Shown one piece after another: positions 1-9,648 of a stretch of 64,000 nucleotides of DNA (its first letter is position 1; each line of letters starts with the position of its first letter). Made by a program: the position numbers and the translations under genes. This stretch comes from Candidatus Komeilibacteria bacterium (GTDB lineage: Bacteria > Patescibacteriota > Patescibacteriia > UBA1558 > UBA10009): the NCBI GenBank assembly GCA_030688315.1, contig JAUYIT010000017.1:2845-66844 (forward strand), written 5' to 3'. The notes beneath the pieces were generated by a model. That model was not told the origin of the DNA. It worked only from the letters and a program-made list of their open reading frames with translations, and searched no databases.

Positions 1-92
1 GCGCTGGAATTTTACGCCCGCGTAACCCAGCCCGGCTGAATAAATTAACAGCAACGCCGCTATGATTAAAATTTTTCTATATCTGACGATTA
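1..92 (-). CDS. hypothetical protein, N-terminal fragment with a hydrophobic signal/TM-like N-terminus; the gene continues beyond the window start
   Basis: Reverse-strand ATG at 92 reads MLRIIVRYRKILIIAALLLIYSAGLGYAGVKFQR... and stays open to position 1. Only about 30 aa are visible. Confidence 0.25.
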
Positions 93-114
93 TTCTTAAC
101 ATAACTTGGTTGTT

Positions 115-798
115 TTAATATTCAATATCGTTTTTGGCGCTTAATATTTCCACGTCAAACACGCCTTCAATTTTGTTAAGGTCGCCGATAAATTCCTTAA
201 TTTCGGATGTTTTAATAAATTTAACGTTAAAACTGTAATCCAAAACTTCACCCTTATCGCGGGCCACTACGTTGAGCAGGTTGTTGTAAAGCAGGTAATT
301 TTTAAATAGCGGTTGAACCAGGTCGTTGGAAAATTGGCTGGCGCGGACCGAAAAACTCAACAGGTAATCGTATTTGCGGATTGAGCCAAAATTAAACCTG
401 GTCATTAAATAAATAGCGCTAACGGCAACAACCGTGGTAATCAGGGCAATTAGATAATTGCCGGTGCCACTGGCCAGTCCGATGGCCACCACCAACAATA
501 TAAAGGCGATATCCTTAGTGTCCTTAATGGCGGTTCTAAAGCGGATCAAGGAAAAAGCGCCAAACGCGCCAAAGGCCATGGCCAAGCTGTTGCCGATCAC
601 CATCATAATCACCGCAATCAGCGTGCCGATTAAAACCAGGGTAAAGGTAAATGATTGCGAGTAAGAAAGGCCTTTGTGGGTGTTTTTATAAACCACGGCC
701 ACAACGAGCGATAGTATCAGGGCAAAAGCTATGCTGATTAATATTTGCTTAAAATTGAGCGGACTGGTGGCCAGTCCCAAATTGAGAAGGTTTTCCAT
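115..798 (-). CDS. DUF4956-family integral membrane protein
   Basis: 227 aa with several TM helices (AFGAFGAFSLIRF). It resembles DUF4956 proteins and sits next to a VTC-domain protein, a known pairing. Confidence 0.5.
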   Translation of the reverse strand: MENLLNLGLATSPLNFKQILISIAFALILSLVVAVVYKNTHKGLSYSQSFTFTLVLIGTLIAVIMMVIGNSLAMAFGAFGAFSLIRFRTAIKDTKDIAFILLVVAIGLASGTGNYLIALITTVVAVSAIYLMTRFNFGSIRKYDYLLSFSVRASQFSNDLVQPLFKNYLLYNNLLNVVARDKGEVLDYSFNVKFIKTSEIKEFIGDLNKIEGVFDVEILSAKNDIEY

Positions 799-817
799 TT
801 TTTTGTTAAGTTATTAG

Positions 818-1609
818 TTAATTTAAATTATAATTATTATCATCAAATTCCGGTTTGGCAATCCGCAAACAATTGCAATACTTGGAATAGGCCAAGCGTT
901 GGAGTTGGTATTTTTGGATAATTTTATGGAACCAGCCAGGCATAATGTTATTGAATTTAAGTTCCAAAACCACGGTGCGCGGAAAAACTTTTTTAAGTTG
1001 TCGGGGAACCTGATTAAAATTTTCAAGCAGACCGGTAGTAATGTTATAATCAAAGGTTACGCGGAATTTTTTGTCCCGTTTGCTAATCAGGGCTTTGCGC
1101 TGATAAGACACGAATAACTTGGGCTTTAAGCAGTTGCGTTTTTTAAACCAGCTGATTTCAGAGGCCAAACCGGCGGTTTCAACGGAAGAGTTTAACGCGG
1201 TTAAATAATTATCCAGCCGGCTGTTTAAACAATCGGCAAACTTTAATTGCAGGCGGTCTTTAATGACCAGCGCGTCGTTTTTTCTTTTAATTTCCAAAAA
1301 AACAGGAGAATCCGGCGCTAAATCATTGCTGTAATATCTAAAACGCAGTTTTTTCCGGTCGCTGATGCCGCTTTCCTTATCCCAAAAACAACCGTAATCC
1401 GGGCTGTCATAATACAATGAATTCACCTGATAATAATCCTGGCCGTAACCAAGCGTATGAGGATCCCAGTCCATGTAATTGAGCAAGGCGGGAATAATTT
1501 TATCGGCTTTTGTTTCGGGCAAATAATATTTAAATTCAAAACGCTGAAAATGAAGGGGGATTAATGGCAATTGGCCGTTGTTTAACGAGTTGGCTTTTGA
1601 AAAAATCAT
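818..1609 (-). CDS. VTC (vacuolar transporter chaperone / polyphosphate polymerase, CYTH-like) domain protein
   Basis: 263 aa. The N-terminal RFEFKYYLP matches the E-x-K tunnel motif of CYTH/VTC domains. It is adjacent to a DUF4956 gene. Confidence 0.5.
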   Translation of the reverse strand: MIFSKANSLNNGQLPLIPLHFQRFEFKYYLPETKADKIIPALLNYMDWDPHTLGYGQDYYQVNSLYYDSPDYGCFWDKESGISDRKKLRFRYYSNDLAPDSPVFLEIKRKNDALVIKDRLQLKFADCLNSRLDNYLTALNSSVETAGLASEISWFKKRNCLKPKLFVSYQRKALISKRDKKFRVTFDYNITTGLLENFNQVPRQLKKVFPRTVVLELKFNNIMPGWFHKIIQKYQLQRLAYSKYCNCLRIAKPEFDDNNYNLN

Positions 1610-1614
1610 GCGGT

Positions 1615-2571
1615 TTAAATATGTGTAAGTTTTTTTTGATACCAGTCAAACAGTTTTTTTACGCCTTCTTGATATAAAGTTTTTGGTTCCCAGCCGAGCA
1701 AGCTTTTAGCTTTGCTAATATCGGCGTAGGTCTGATTGACGTCGCCCGGGGGAAAAGGCAAATTTTCTATAATCGCTTTTTTGCCCGTTGTTTTTTCCAA
1801 AACTTCAATCATCCGGTTTAGGGTAATAGTTTGCGAGCCGCCCAGATTGATAATTTCAAAGCCCAAATTTTTATTTAAACAGGCAATAATACCGTCAACA
1901 ATATCATCCACAAATGTGTAATCGCGCCGCGATTCTCCGTCGCCGTACTTGGTAATGGGCTGGCCGTTTATAATACTATCCAACATTTTAAAATGCGCCA
2001 TATCCGGGCGGTTGTTAGGCCCGTAAACCGTAAAAAACCTAAGGCAAATCACGTTTAAATGGTAAAGATGGTGGTAATTAAAGCAAAACAGCTCGCAGGC
2101 CTTTTTGGTGGCCGCGTACGGGCTGATAGGGTAATCCACGTTGTCGGTTTCGGCAAAAGGCACTTTGGTGTTGTTGCCGTAAACGGAGGAGGAAGAGCCA
2201 AAAATTAGGTTTTTAATCCCGTGCTTTTGGCAGGCCTCCAAAACATTAAAGGTGCCAATGATGTTATTAACGCTAAAGCCCTCAGGGTCAATAAGCGAAG
2301 CCCGCACGCCGGCTTTGGCCGCCAAATGGATGACTGTATCGATTTTATGTTGAGTAAAGATTTTTTCCAGGCCAGCTTTATTTAAAATATCTTCGGTTGC
2401 CAGTTCAAAATCGGGATTATTCAAAAAGCTCGCGATGTTGTTTTTTTTGACAATCGGAGAATAGTAGTCGTTAAAATTGTCCAAACAAATAACCTCGTGT
2501 TTTTCTTTGAGCAAGCGTTCGCAGAGGTTTGAGCCGATAAAGCCCGCTCCGCCCGTGACTAAAATTTTCAT
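1615..2571 (-). CDS. NAD-dependent epimerase/dehydratase (UDP-glucuronate 4-epimerase / UDP-glucose 4-epimerase-like SDR)
   Basis: 318 aa with N-terminal TGGAGFIGS Rossmann motif, a YxxxK catalytic motif (SPYAATK) and an extended-SDR fold. Confidence 0.7.
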   Translation of the reverse strand: MKILVTGGAGFIGSNLCERLLKEKHEVICLDNFNDYYSPIVKKNNIASFLNNPDFELATEDILNKAGLEKIFTQHKIDTVIHLAAKAGVRASLIDPEGFSVNNIIGTFNVLEACQKHGIKNLIFGSSSSVYGNNTKVPFAETDNVDYPISPYAATKKACELFCFNYHHLYHLNVICLRFFTVYGPNNRPDMAHFKMLDSIINGQPITKYGDGESRRDYTFVDDIVDGIIACLNKNLGFEIINLGGSQTITLNRMIEVLEKTTGKKAIIENLPFPPGDVNQTYADISKAKSLLGWEPKTLYQEGVKKLFDWYQKKLTHI

Positions 2572-2587
2572 AAGATTGAATGTCCGT

Positions 2588-3958
2588 TTATCTGCCGCCG
2601 CGTTTAAAAATTATGTTAATGGTTTTTAAAACAATGCTTAAGTCAAAAAATAAAGAACGGCGCTTAACGTAATACAGATCGTATTGCAGTTTTTTTAAGG
2701 TGGCTTCCACTGAATCGGCGTAAGCCAGATTTATTTGCGCCCAGCCGGTCAAACCCGGCTTAATTAATAATCGTTCGCGGTAAAAGGGAATTTCTTTTTC
2801 CAGCTGGTCAATAAATTCCGGCCGTTCCGGCCGCGGGCCCACAAAGCTCATATCGCCTTTAAGGATGTTAATCAGTTGAGGGATTTCATCCAGTCGGATT
2901 TTTCTAAAAAACCTGCCGATGTTGGTAACGCGAGGATCGTTTTCCTTGGCCCAGGTTGCTCCGGATTTTTCCGCGTTCTGGTACATGGTTCTAAACTTTA
3001 AGGCCACAAAATTGTTGCCATCTTTGCCTACCCTGATCTGCTTAAAAATCACCGGTCCTTGGCTGGAGATTTTTATTGCCAAAGCGATAAAAGGGGAAAG
3101 GGGCAGAGCCACGAAACCGAAGATTAAAGACAGGATAATATCCAGCAAACGCTTGCCGGATTCGTAAAAAGTTTTACTGCCTTCGGCCAAATTGTCCAAA
3201 AACCAGCCGCGGCTGATGATTTTTAAGGGCACGCGGTAGGTGATGTTTTCGTAAAAATTGGTTAAGCTGACAAAATTGACCCGCAAGGGCAAAATTTTAA
3301 ACAGCAGATTGATAATTTCTTCATTGCCCGGCTCATTAATAACCAGTAAACTTATTTTTTCATTTTTAATGGCCTCGGTCAGCTGGTTAAAAGGGTAGGT
3401 GGTTAAGTTGGTTATTTCCGGGTCAAGAGGAGTATTAGTCACAATGCCTTTGTAAACATAGCCGTAACGCTGTTCAGCTCCGCTTTTGGGCAGAATTTCC
3501 TTGATCAGCGGTTCGTAGCCGATAAACAGAACCGCCGGGTACAACTTTTTTTGGTAGTTGATCCGATGGGCCAGCTTGCGCCAAACAAAGTAAAAAATGG
3601 TAAAAACGCCGATTAAAATAACCAGCACCGTGCGCGGCCGAATTTCATTTTTTGGGTAAAAAGCGTAAAAATAAATAAAACCCAGCCCAAGGTTAATAAC
3701 CGTAACTTTTAAATATTGGTTTAAAAACTGCACGCCCGATTGGGTGGAAGCGGGGTCAAACAGGTTGAAGGAATAAAAAATGATCAGCCATAAAGCGAAC
3801 AGCCAGGTAAACGGTTCAAAGTGCAACTGCCACAGGTTAACGTTATAGTCGCTTTGATAGCGGATAATCAGGGTTAGCCATAAACTTAAGTAAAACAGCC
3901 CAATAGTGCTTAAAAAAGCCGCGATTTTTCTGATTTTTAGACCATTATAGATTTTCAT
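2588..3958 (-). CDS. initiating polyprenyl-phosphate sugar phosphotransferase (bacterial sugar transferase, WbaP/EpsL-like)
   Basis: 456 aa with N-terminal TM helices. The C-terminal Bac_transf core reads LDIILSLIFGFVALPL...KFRTM...DEIPQLINILKGDMSFVGPRPERPEF. Confidence 0.8.
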   Translation of the reverse strand: MKIYNGLKIRKIAAFLSTIGLFYLSLWLTLIIRYQSDYNVNLWQLHFEPFTWLFALWLIIFYSFNLFDPASTQSGVQFLNQYLKVTVINLGLGFIYFYAFYPKNEIRPRTVLVILIGVFTIFYFVWRKLAHRINYQKKLYPAVLFIGYEPLIKEILPKSGAEQRYGYVYKGIVTNTPLDPEITNLTTYPFNQLTEAIKNEKISLLVINEPGNEEIINLLFKILPLRVNFVSLTNFYENITYRVPLKIISRGWFLDNLAEGSKTFYESGKRLLDIILSLIFGFVALPLSPFIALAIKISSQGPVIFKQIRVGKDGNNFVALKFRTMYQNAEKSGATWAKENDPRVTNIGRFFRKIRLDEIPQLINILKGDMSFVGPRPERPEFIDQLEKEIPFYRERLLIKPGLTGWAQINLAYADSVEATLKKLQYDLYYVKRRSLFFDLSIVLKTINIIFKRGGR

Positions 3959-3970
3959 ATATAATTGTAA

Positions 3971-6385
3971 ATGATTATACTGATTAATCTGTTTTTTTAC
4001 AAGCCAGAACCGCTGTTTAAGCGCCCAACCGCGTTTGTCAAAAATTCTAAAATATCATATAATACAACCACTTATTTTGTCATTAACCCGCTTATGAATC
4101 AAAAAACGCTTTACTTGGTGGAAAAGATATTAAAAAACATTGTCATCTTTGGCAGTTTTTTGGTGGTGTTGCTGCCTATCGTGATTGTACCCGGCTCTTA
4201 CTTCCCTTACATCATTCAAAAAACCAACATTTTAAAGATTTTAATTGAGCTGATTTTTTTGGCCTATTTACCGCTGGCTTTATGGAAAGCAGAATACCGG
4301 CCCAAAAAATCTTTTATTTTATGGGCGGTGCTGGCTTTTGCCGGCATTATGATTTTAACCACCTTTACCAGCCAAAGCGTGTACCGAAGCTGGTGGGGCA
4401 ACTGGGAAAGAAGCTTTGGCACATTTAATTACCTCCATTATTTTGCTTGGTTTATCGCTTTGCTCGGTGTTTTTAAAGAAAAAAAATACTGGTATTATCT
4501 GCTTAATTTTTCTCTGATTGTTAGCGCCTTAATCGGGCTTTACGCCGTGGCTCAAAGAATGGATCTGGGCATTACCTTTGAAAGCGGTCTGCAACGGGTT
4601 AACGCTACCATGGGCAACGCTTCTTTTTTATCGGCCTACATGCTGATGCATGTTTTTATCGCCTTGCTGTTTATTACGGAAAAAGTTTCCTTAAAGTTAA
4701 AATTTTGGTATTGGTCGGTTTTTATCCTTGATTTTCTGGTTTTGCAGCTGACCGCCACCAGAGGCGGTTTGCTGGGTTTGGCAGGCGCCTTGGTTTTGTT
4801 TATTATTTTGGTGTTTACCCTTAAGTTGTGGGAAAAGAAAAGCGTCAAGATTTTGGTCGGCTTAACCTTGTTTGTATTTTTGATAGGCGGTTTGGCCATG
4901 GTTTTTAAGGAATCCCCGCTGATTAAAGGCAATTACTGGCTGAGGCGCTTAACCAGTTTTTCCATTAATGACGGCACGGTGCAAACTCGTCTGCGCACCT
5001 GGACTTGGGGTTTGCAGGGTTTTAGGGATAACTTTATTTTCGGCCTGGGGCCCGAAAATTACCACATCGCTTTTAACCAATATTTTGAGCCGGATTTTTA
5101 CCGCTATTCGGCTACGGAAATCTGGTTTGACCGGGCTCATAATAATTTAGTGGATATGGCGTCTACCATGGGCATTTTTGGCCTGCTTTCTTATTTAGGA
5201 ATTTTATGGGCGGTGTTTCACGCTCTGACCATGCTGTATCGTCAGCAGAAAATTTCCAAATTAGCGTTTGTGGTGATAATTTTATTGTTTTTTTCCTATA
5301 CCGTGCAAAACCTGGCGGTTTTTGACTCCTTAAATACCCTGATTATTTTTTATCTCTTGCTGGCTTATGTGGCTTTTCTTTACACCAGCAACAACGTCGG
5401 TCCGGTACAAGAAGGGGATTTGGCTGGCCGCGTCCGGATCAGCCCGCTAGTTAGTTTGCCGGTTTTGACGCTGTTATTTTTACTGTTGTTTTTTGCGGTT
5501 GATTTAAAGCAAATCAAGGAAAATCTTTACGTTTATAACGCTTACATTGCCGGCAAATTGGGCAATTACGCCGAATCAATGTATTGGTACGATAAAACCT
5601 ACAACGATGGCCTTCATAAAATTGACCCGGCTATTTTAAGGTCGTCCAGTATCGGCGAGTTAGTGGAATCAAACAAGGAAAACGCTTCCAAGGAATGGAT
5701 CCTGGAGGATTTAAATAAAGCCATTGATTGGATGGATAAAGCCATTGCCTTGGATCAGCGTAATATGTTTTTGTATTATTTGCAGGCCAAAAATTACGCT
5801 TTGGCGGCGGAACTTTCCGGCGATGCTAAATATTTGGACAAGGGGCTGGCTATGGCCGACAAGGCCCAGGAATTGCGGCCTGGCGAGATCCGTCCTTACT
5901 GGCTGAAAGCGCAAATTTATTTGTTTGGCAGTCAGCCCGAAAAGGCGTTAGAATATCTTAACCAGGCCAACGAATTATATGACCGTTTGCCCGAAACCTA
6001 TTTTTATCTGTCGGTGGTTTACCAGAGTATGGGTAATGAAGAAAAATACCGGGAAGTGGTGGAAGAAATGCTTGACCGCGGTTTTTCGTTTTTTTCCGCC
6101 GATTTGGTTAAAAAAACCATTCCTTATTACGACGCCCAAGGCGACATTAAGCGGCTGATTCAGCTTTATGATGAATTAACCCGGCTGGAATCCAATAACG
6201 CCAATTATTGGCAGGATTATGTTGATTTGCTGGTGCAGGATAAGCAGTACGACCGGGCGTTGCTGGTATTGCAGAAGGCCGCGGAAAAAATTCCGGCCTT
6301 TTCCAGCCGCGCTTATACTCGTTATCAGGAAATTATAAAATTAAAAGACGGTTTGGAAGGCGCTGCCACTTCAACCAATCAATAA
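3971..6385 (+). CDS. O-antigen ligase/polymerase-like (Wzy_C) polytopic membrane protein with C-terminal TPR repeats
   Basis: 804 aa, about 12 TM helices, TATRGGLLGL loop typical of the Wzy_C/O-antigen ligase family, and a C-terminal TPR-like helical repeat region. Confidence 0.6.
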   Translation: MIILINLFFYKPEPLFKRPTAFVKNSKISYNTTTYFVINPLMNQKTLYLVEKILKNIVIFGSFLVVLLPIVIVPGSYFPYIIQKTNILKILIELIFLAYLPLALWKAEYRPKKSFILWAVLAFAGIMILTTFTSQSVYRSWWGNWERSFGTFNYLHYFAWFIALLGVFKEKKYWYYLLNFSLIVSALIGLYAVAQRMDLGITFESGLQRVNATMGNASFLSAYMLMHVFIALLFITEKVSLKLKFWYWSVFILDFLVLQLTATRGGLLGLAGALVLFIILVFTLKLWEKKSVKILVGLTLFVFLIGGLAMVFKESPLIKGNYWLRRLTSFSINDGTVQTRLRTWTWGLQGFRDNFIFGLGPENYHIAFNQYFEPDFYRYSATEIWFDRAHNNLVDMASTMGIFGLLSYLGILWAVFHALTMLYRQQKISKLAFVVIILLFFSYTVQNLAVFDSLNTLIIFYLLLAYVAFLYTSNNVGPVQEGDLAGRVRISPLVSLPVLTLLFLLLFFAVDLKQIKENLYVYNAYIAGKLGNYAESMYWYDKTYNDGLHKIDPAILRSSSIGELVESNKENASKEWILEDLNKAIDWMDKAIALDQRNMFLYYLQAKNYALAAELSGDAKYLDKGLAMADKAQELRPGEIRPYWLKAQIYLFGSQPEKALEYLNQANELYDRLPETYFYLSVVYQSMGNEEKYREVVEEMLDRGFSFFSADLVKKTIPYYDAQGDIKRLIQLYDELTRLESNNANYWQDYVDLLVQDKQYDRALLVLQKAAEKIPAFSSRAYTRYQEIIKLKDGLEGAATSTNQ

Positions 6386-6395
6386 TCAAACTAAT

Positions 6396-7085
6396 ATGAT
6401 TCCTTTAATTCATAAAATTGGTAAAAATAAAGTTTTGATGATTACGGGACTGTTTGTTATCCTGCTGGCAGTCGGGCTGACGCTGTTTTTAAAAAATAAG
6501 GAAGAACAGCTTTATTTGCCGGTTCAGCTGGATGAAGAAACCAGAATTAAAACCAACGAACGAATCGCGCAAAATTTAGAAATGCTAAAACTGTTTCCTA
6601 ATGATTACAATGTGTACATGGACCTGGGCAATTTATCCGCCAATCTGGGTAACGCTTCGGAGGCGATAAAATATTATCAAACGGCCTGGGAAATTATTCC
6701 GAGCAATTCCACGCCCTGGCTGAATATCGGCAATATTTACATCCGGCTGGGAGATTACCGTCAAGCGGAGCAGGCCTTTTTAAAGGCAAAAGAAGTCAAC
6801 CCGGTCTATCATTTTGTTTATTTTAATTTAGCCAAGCTTTATGAAGATTTTTTGCCGGCCAAATCCGATAAAATAAAAGAGATTTATTTGGAAGGTTTAA
6901 AAAACACCAATAACGATTATCAGCTGTTGCAGCCCTTTACGGATTATCTGGTGCGCGCTAATAAATATTCGGAAGCATTGGAATACCTCAATGTTTTATT
7001 GCAAAAAGTGCCTGCCGGCTCTAAGCAGCAGATACTGGACAGAATTAAAGAAGTGAAAAATTTAGCGCAGCAGCCAACCGGATAA
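6396..7085 (+). CDS. TPR-repeat protein with N-terminal membrane anchor
   Basis: 229 aa with an N-terminal TM helix followed by TPR-like repeats (AIKYYQTAWEIIP, AEQAFLKAKEVNP). Confidence 0.55.
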   Translation: MIPLIHKIGKNKVLMITGLFVILLAVGLTLFLKNKEEQLYLPVQLDEETRIKTNERIAQNLEMLKLFPNDYNVYMDLGNLSANLGNASEAIKYYQTAWEIIPSNSTPWLNIGNIYIRLGDYRQAEQAFLKAKEVNPVYHFVYFNLAKLYEDFLPAKSDKIKEIYLEGLKNTNNDYQLLQPFTDYLVRANKYSEALEYLNVLLQKVPAGSKQQILDRIKEVKNLAQQPTG

Positions 7086-7092
7086 AAAAACT

Positions 7093-9162
7093 ATGATAAC
7101 ATATCAGCTTCAACAAAAAATCGCTATTTTTATTTTAGCTTTTTTTGTTTTAAGTTTTTACGGGGCACCGGGCGTTATGGGGCAGGGCCTGACTGTTTCG
7201 GAAGTGACTAATGATCCCAAGCTGGGCAGCCAGTATTATTTAGCTCAAATTAAGGCCCTGCAGGCCTGGTCAACTATTGCCGACGCGCCGGAAATAGTGG
7301 TAGCGGTAATTGATAGCGGCGTGGATATTGACCATCCTGATTTAGCGGCCAACATCTGGAAAAATCAGGATGAAATCGCGGGCGATAAAATTGATAACGA
7401 TAATAACGGCTATGTTGACGACGTTAACGGCTGGGATTTTATTGTTGATTCGTCTGACCCCCGGCCAAAAGTAGCCGCTCCTTACAGCGTGTTGGGCATT
7501 AACCATGGCACGTTGGTGGCCGGCGTAATCGGCGCTGTTGGCAATAACGGCTTTGGCTTAAGCGGCGTGGCCTGGAAAATCAAGATTATGCCCTTAAGAG
7601 TCATGGACGCCCAGGGAGCCGGCAATACCAAAAGCGTTTACCGGGCCATTAGGTACGCCATAGATAATAAGGCCGACATAATTAATTTGAGCATGGTCGG
7701 CGAGGCCTTTGATCCTTCGTTGCAGGATATTATTGCCGAGGCCTACCGCGCCGGTATGATCATTGTGGCGGCGGCCGGCAATGAAACCAACAACGCGTAT
7801 CAAACCGACGACTTTAGTTTGAATTTGGGTATTCATCCACAATATCCGATTTGCCATGACGGATACAAGGAAGGCGATAATTTTATTTTGGGCGTGGGTT
7901 CGGTTAACGGTCAGGATAAAAAATCACGTTTTTCTAATTTTGGTTCCAAATGTTTGGATTTGGTGGCGCCCGGCGAAAGTTTTTACGGCACGCTTTATTT
8001 TTCCCCGGTGTTACCGGAATTTAAGGAATATTTTGGCGGCTGGTGGTCGGGTACTTCCTTGGCCGCGCCCCAAGTTTCGGCGGCCGCGGCTTTGCTAAAG
8101 GCCTATCGGCCGGATCTTAAGAATAGCGAGATTTATGAGATTTTAATAAAATCGGCGGATAATATTGACGCTCGTAACCTTAATTATGTGGGATTGCTGG
8201 GCGGCGGACGGCTTAATTTGCCAGCGGCGTTAGCGGCCGCGGCCGCCGCGTCCGATTCGGCCGCCAAACTGTTGGTGGCACCGGAATACGGTTTTGCTCC
8301 TTTAGTTTCGCTTTATAATTTAAACGGTGAGCTTCGTTCCTCGTTTTTAGCTTACGCCGAAAATTTTAAAGGCGGTGTTAATTTGGCCAGCGCCGATATT
8401 GACGGCGACGGCACTAAAGAAATTATTACCGCGGCCGGCAAAACCGGCGGACCGCACGTTAGGGTTTTTAATAACGACGGCACGGTACTCAAACAATTTT
8501 TTGCTTATGATGCCAAATTTAACGGCGGGGTTAATATCGCGGCGCAAAATATTGATGCCTTTGGACAGGCCAAAATTATTACCGCCCCGCAAAGCAACTA
8601 TCAGCCGCTAATCAGGATTTTTAACGTTGACGGCGAATTGCTTAAGGAATGGCTGGCTTTTGACGCCAAATTTACGGGCGGCGTTAATTTGGCCTTAGGC
8701 GATATTAACGGCGATAACGAGCCGGAAATTATCGCGGCCAGCGGTCCGGGCCAAGCCCCGCTAGTCAGAATTTTTACCCAGCAGGGAAAATTGGTTAAGG
8801 AGTTTTTGGTTGGCGATAAAAACTGGCGCGGCGGCGTTAAAGTGAGCGCTGCCGATTTGTATTTGGATTCGCGGACCGAAATCATCACCATCCCGCAAGC
8901 CGGCGCCAAACCCATGGTCAGGATTTATTCCGCTTCCGGCCAACTGGAACTGGAATGGTCGGCCGGGGAAACAACTAAGGATAAAATCAGCATAACGGCT
9001 TTGCCGCGCGTTTACGCCGAAGAAGCTAAATTATTGATTGCCTTAGCCGACAGCAATCAACGGCCTCAAATAAGCGCGTTTAATTATCGCGGCCAGCTGT
9101 TAAAAAACTTTGTTGCCTTAAGCGAGGGCATTACGGGCGGCGCTAACTTGGCAGGCAAATGA
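7093..9162 (+). CDS. secreted S8 (subtilisin-like) serine peptidase with C-terminal FG-GAP/VCBS-like repeats
   Basis: Signal peptide, then a catalytic triad context: VIDSGVDIDHPDL (Asp), HGTLVAGVIGA (His), GTSLAAPQVSAAAALL (Ser). The C-terminal half has repeated DIDGDG/DINGDN plus hydrophobic blades. Confidence 0.8.
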   Translation: MITYQLQQKIAIFILAFFVLSFYGAPGVMGQGLTVSEVTNDPKLGSQYYLAQIKALQAWSTIADAPEIVVAVIDSGVDIDHPDLAANIWKNQDEIAGDKIDNDNNGYVDDVNGWDFIVDSSDPRPKVAAPYSVLGINHGTLVAGVIGAVGNNGFGLSGVAWKIKIMPLRVMDAQGAGNTKSVYRAIRYAIDNKADIINLSMVGEAFDPSLQDIIAEAYRAGMIIVAAAGNETNNAYQTDDFSLNLGIHPQYPICHDGYKEGDNFILGVGSVNGQDKKSRFSNFGSKCLDLVAPGESFYGTLYFSPVLPEFKEYFGGWWSGTSLAAPQVSAAAALLKAYRPDLKNSEIYEILIKSADNIDARNLNYVGLLGGGRLNLPAALAAAAAASDSAAKLLVAPEYGFAPLVSLYNLNGELRSSFLAYAENFKGGVNLASADIDGDGTKEIITAAGKTGGPHVRVFNNDGTVLKQFFAYDAKFNGGVNIAAQNIDAFGQAKIITAPQSNYQPLIRIFNVDGELLKEWLAFDAKFTGGVNLALGDINGDNEPEIIAASGPGQAPLVRIFTQQGKLVKEFLVGDKNWRGGVKVSAADLYLDSRTEIITIPQAGAKPMVRIYSASGQLELEWSAGETTKDKISITALPRVYAEEAKLLIALADSNQRPQISAFNYRGQLLKNFVALSEGITGGANLAGK

Positions 9163-9605
9163 TTTTTAAAATCGCTGATTTTATTTTAGATAGAATGTTC
9201 CGCAACCAGCCCACTTTAAAGCAGTTTTTTCAGTTTTCCTTGGTGGGCGGCCTTAACGCTATTGTTGATTTTTCGATCTATTTTTCTTTAACAAGAAGTA
9301 TAGATTGGTTTAAAGAAAATTACCTCGTGGCCAACGCTCTGGCTTTTTTAGCTGCCGTAACCTGTAGCTTTTTTTTAAATAACCATTGGACGTTTAAGGA
9401 ACGGGCGGTTAAGCCCTCAGCGGGTATTTATTTTAAGTATCTGGGCTTAGGACTGCTGACCTTGGCCGTGATTGAATTTTTGCTTTATCAACTGGTCAAC
9501 AATTTGGGTGTTTATGATTTGTACGCTAAAATCCTGATTTTGCTGGTCAGCGCGATTATCAATTTCAGCTTAAGCCGGCTGTGGATTTTTAAAAAAACCG
9601 ATTAA
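9159..9605 (+). CDS. gtrA: GtrA-family membrane protein (lipid-linked sugar translocation)
   Basis: 148 aa with 4 TM helices and the GtrA-like N-terminus (QFFQFSLVGGLNAIVDFSIYF). Its start overlaps the upstream stop by 4 nt (ATGA). Confidence 0.65.
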   Translation: MIFKIADFILDRMFRNQPTLKQFFQFSLVGGLNAIVDFSIYFSLTRSIDWFKENYLVANALAFLAAVTCSFFLNNHWTFKERAVKPSAGIYFKYLGLGLLTLAVIEFLLYQLVNNLGVYDLYAKILILLVSAIINFSLSRLWIFKKTD

Positions 9606-9616
9606 TTTCCCAAACC

Positions 9617-9645
9617 TTGATTATAAAGGTTGTTTGGGTTATAAT
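9617..9645 (+). promoter_or_regulatory. sigma70-like promoter: TTGATT (-35), 17-nt spacer, TATAAT (-10)
   Basis: Near-consensus hexamers with ideal spacing sit 85 nt upstream of the GT2 start at 9730. The predicted transcript would include the 9659-9682 hairpin. Confidence 0.4.
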
Positions 9646-9648
9646 TTG

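Noticed and set aside
458-664. Short ORFs on the strand opposite to long confident genes, such as 458..664+, 823..1053-, 899..1117+, 4636..4932-, 7594..7857-, 8347..8915-, 11939..12284-, 15942..16197-, 29473..29682-, 30325..30573-, 32437..32793-, 39195..39500-, 41318..41673-, 57003..57194+ and 60687..60976.
   Set aside because: They lie entirely inside, and antisense to or out of frame with, well-supported CDSs with recognisable domains. They have low-complexity or atypical composition and are shadow ORFs.
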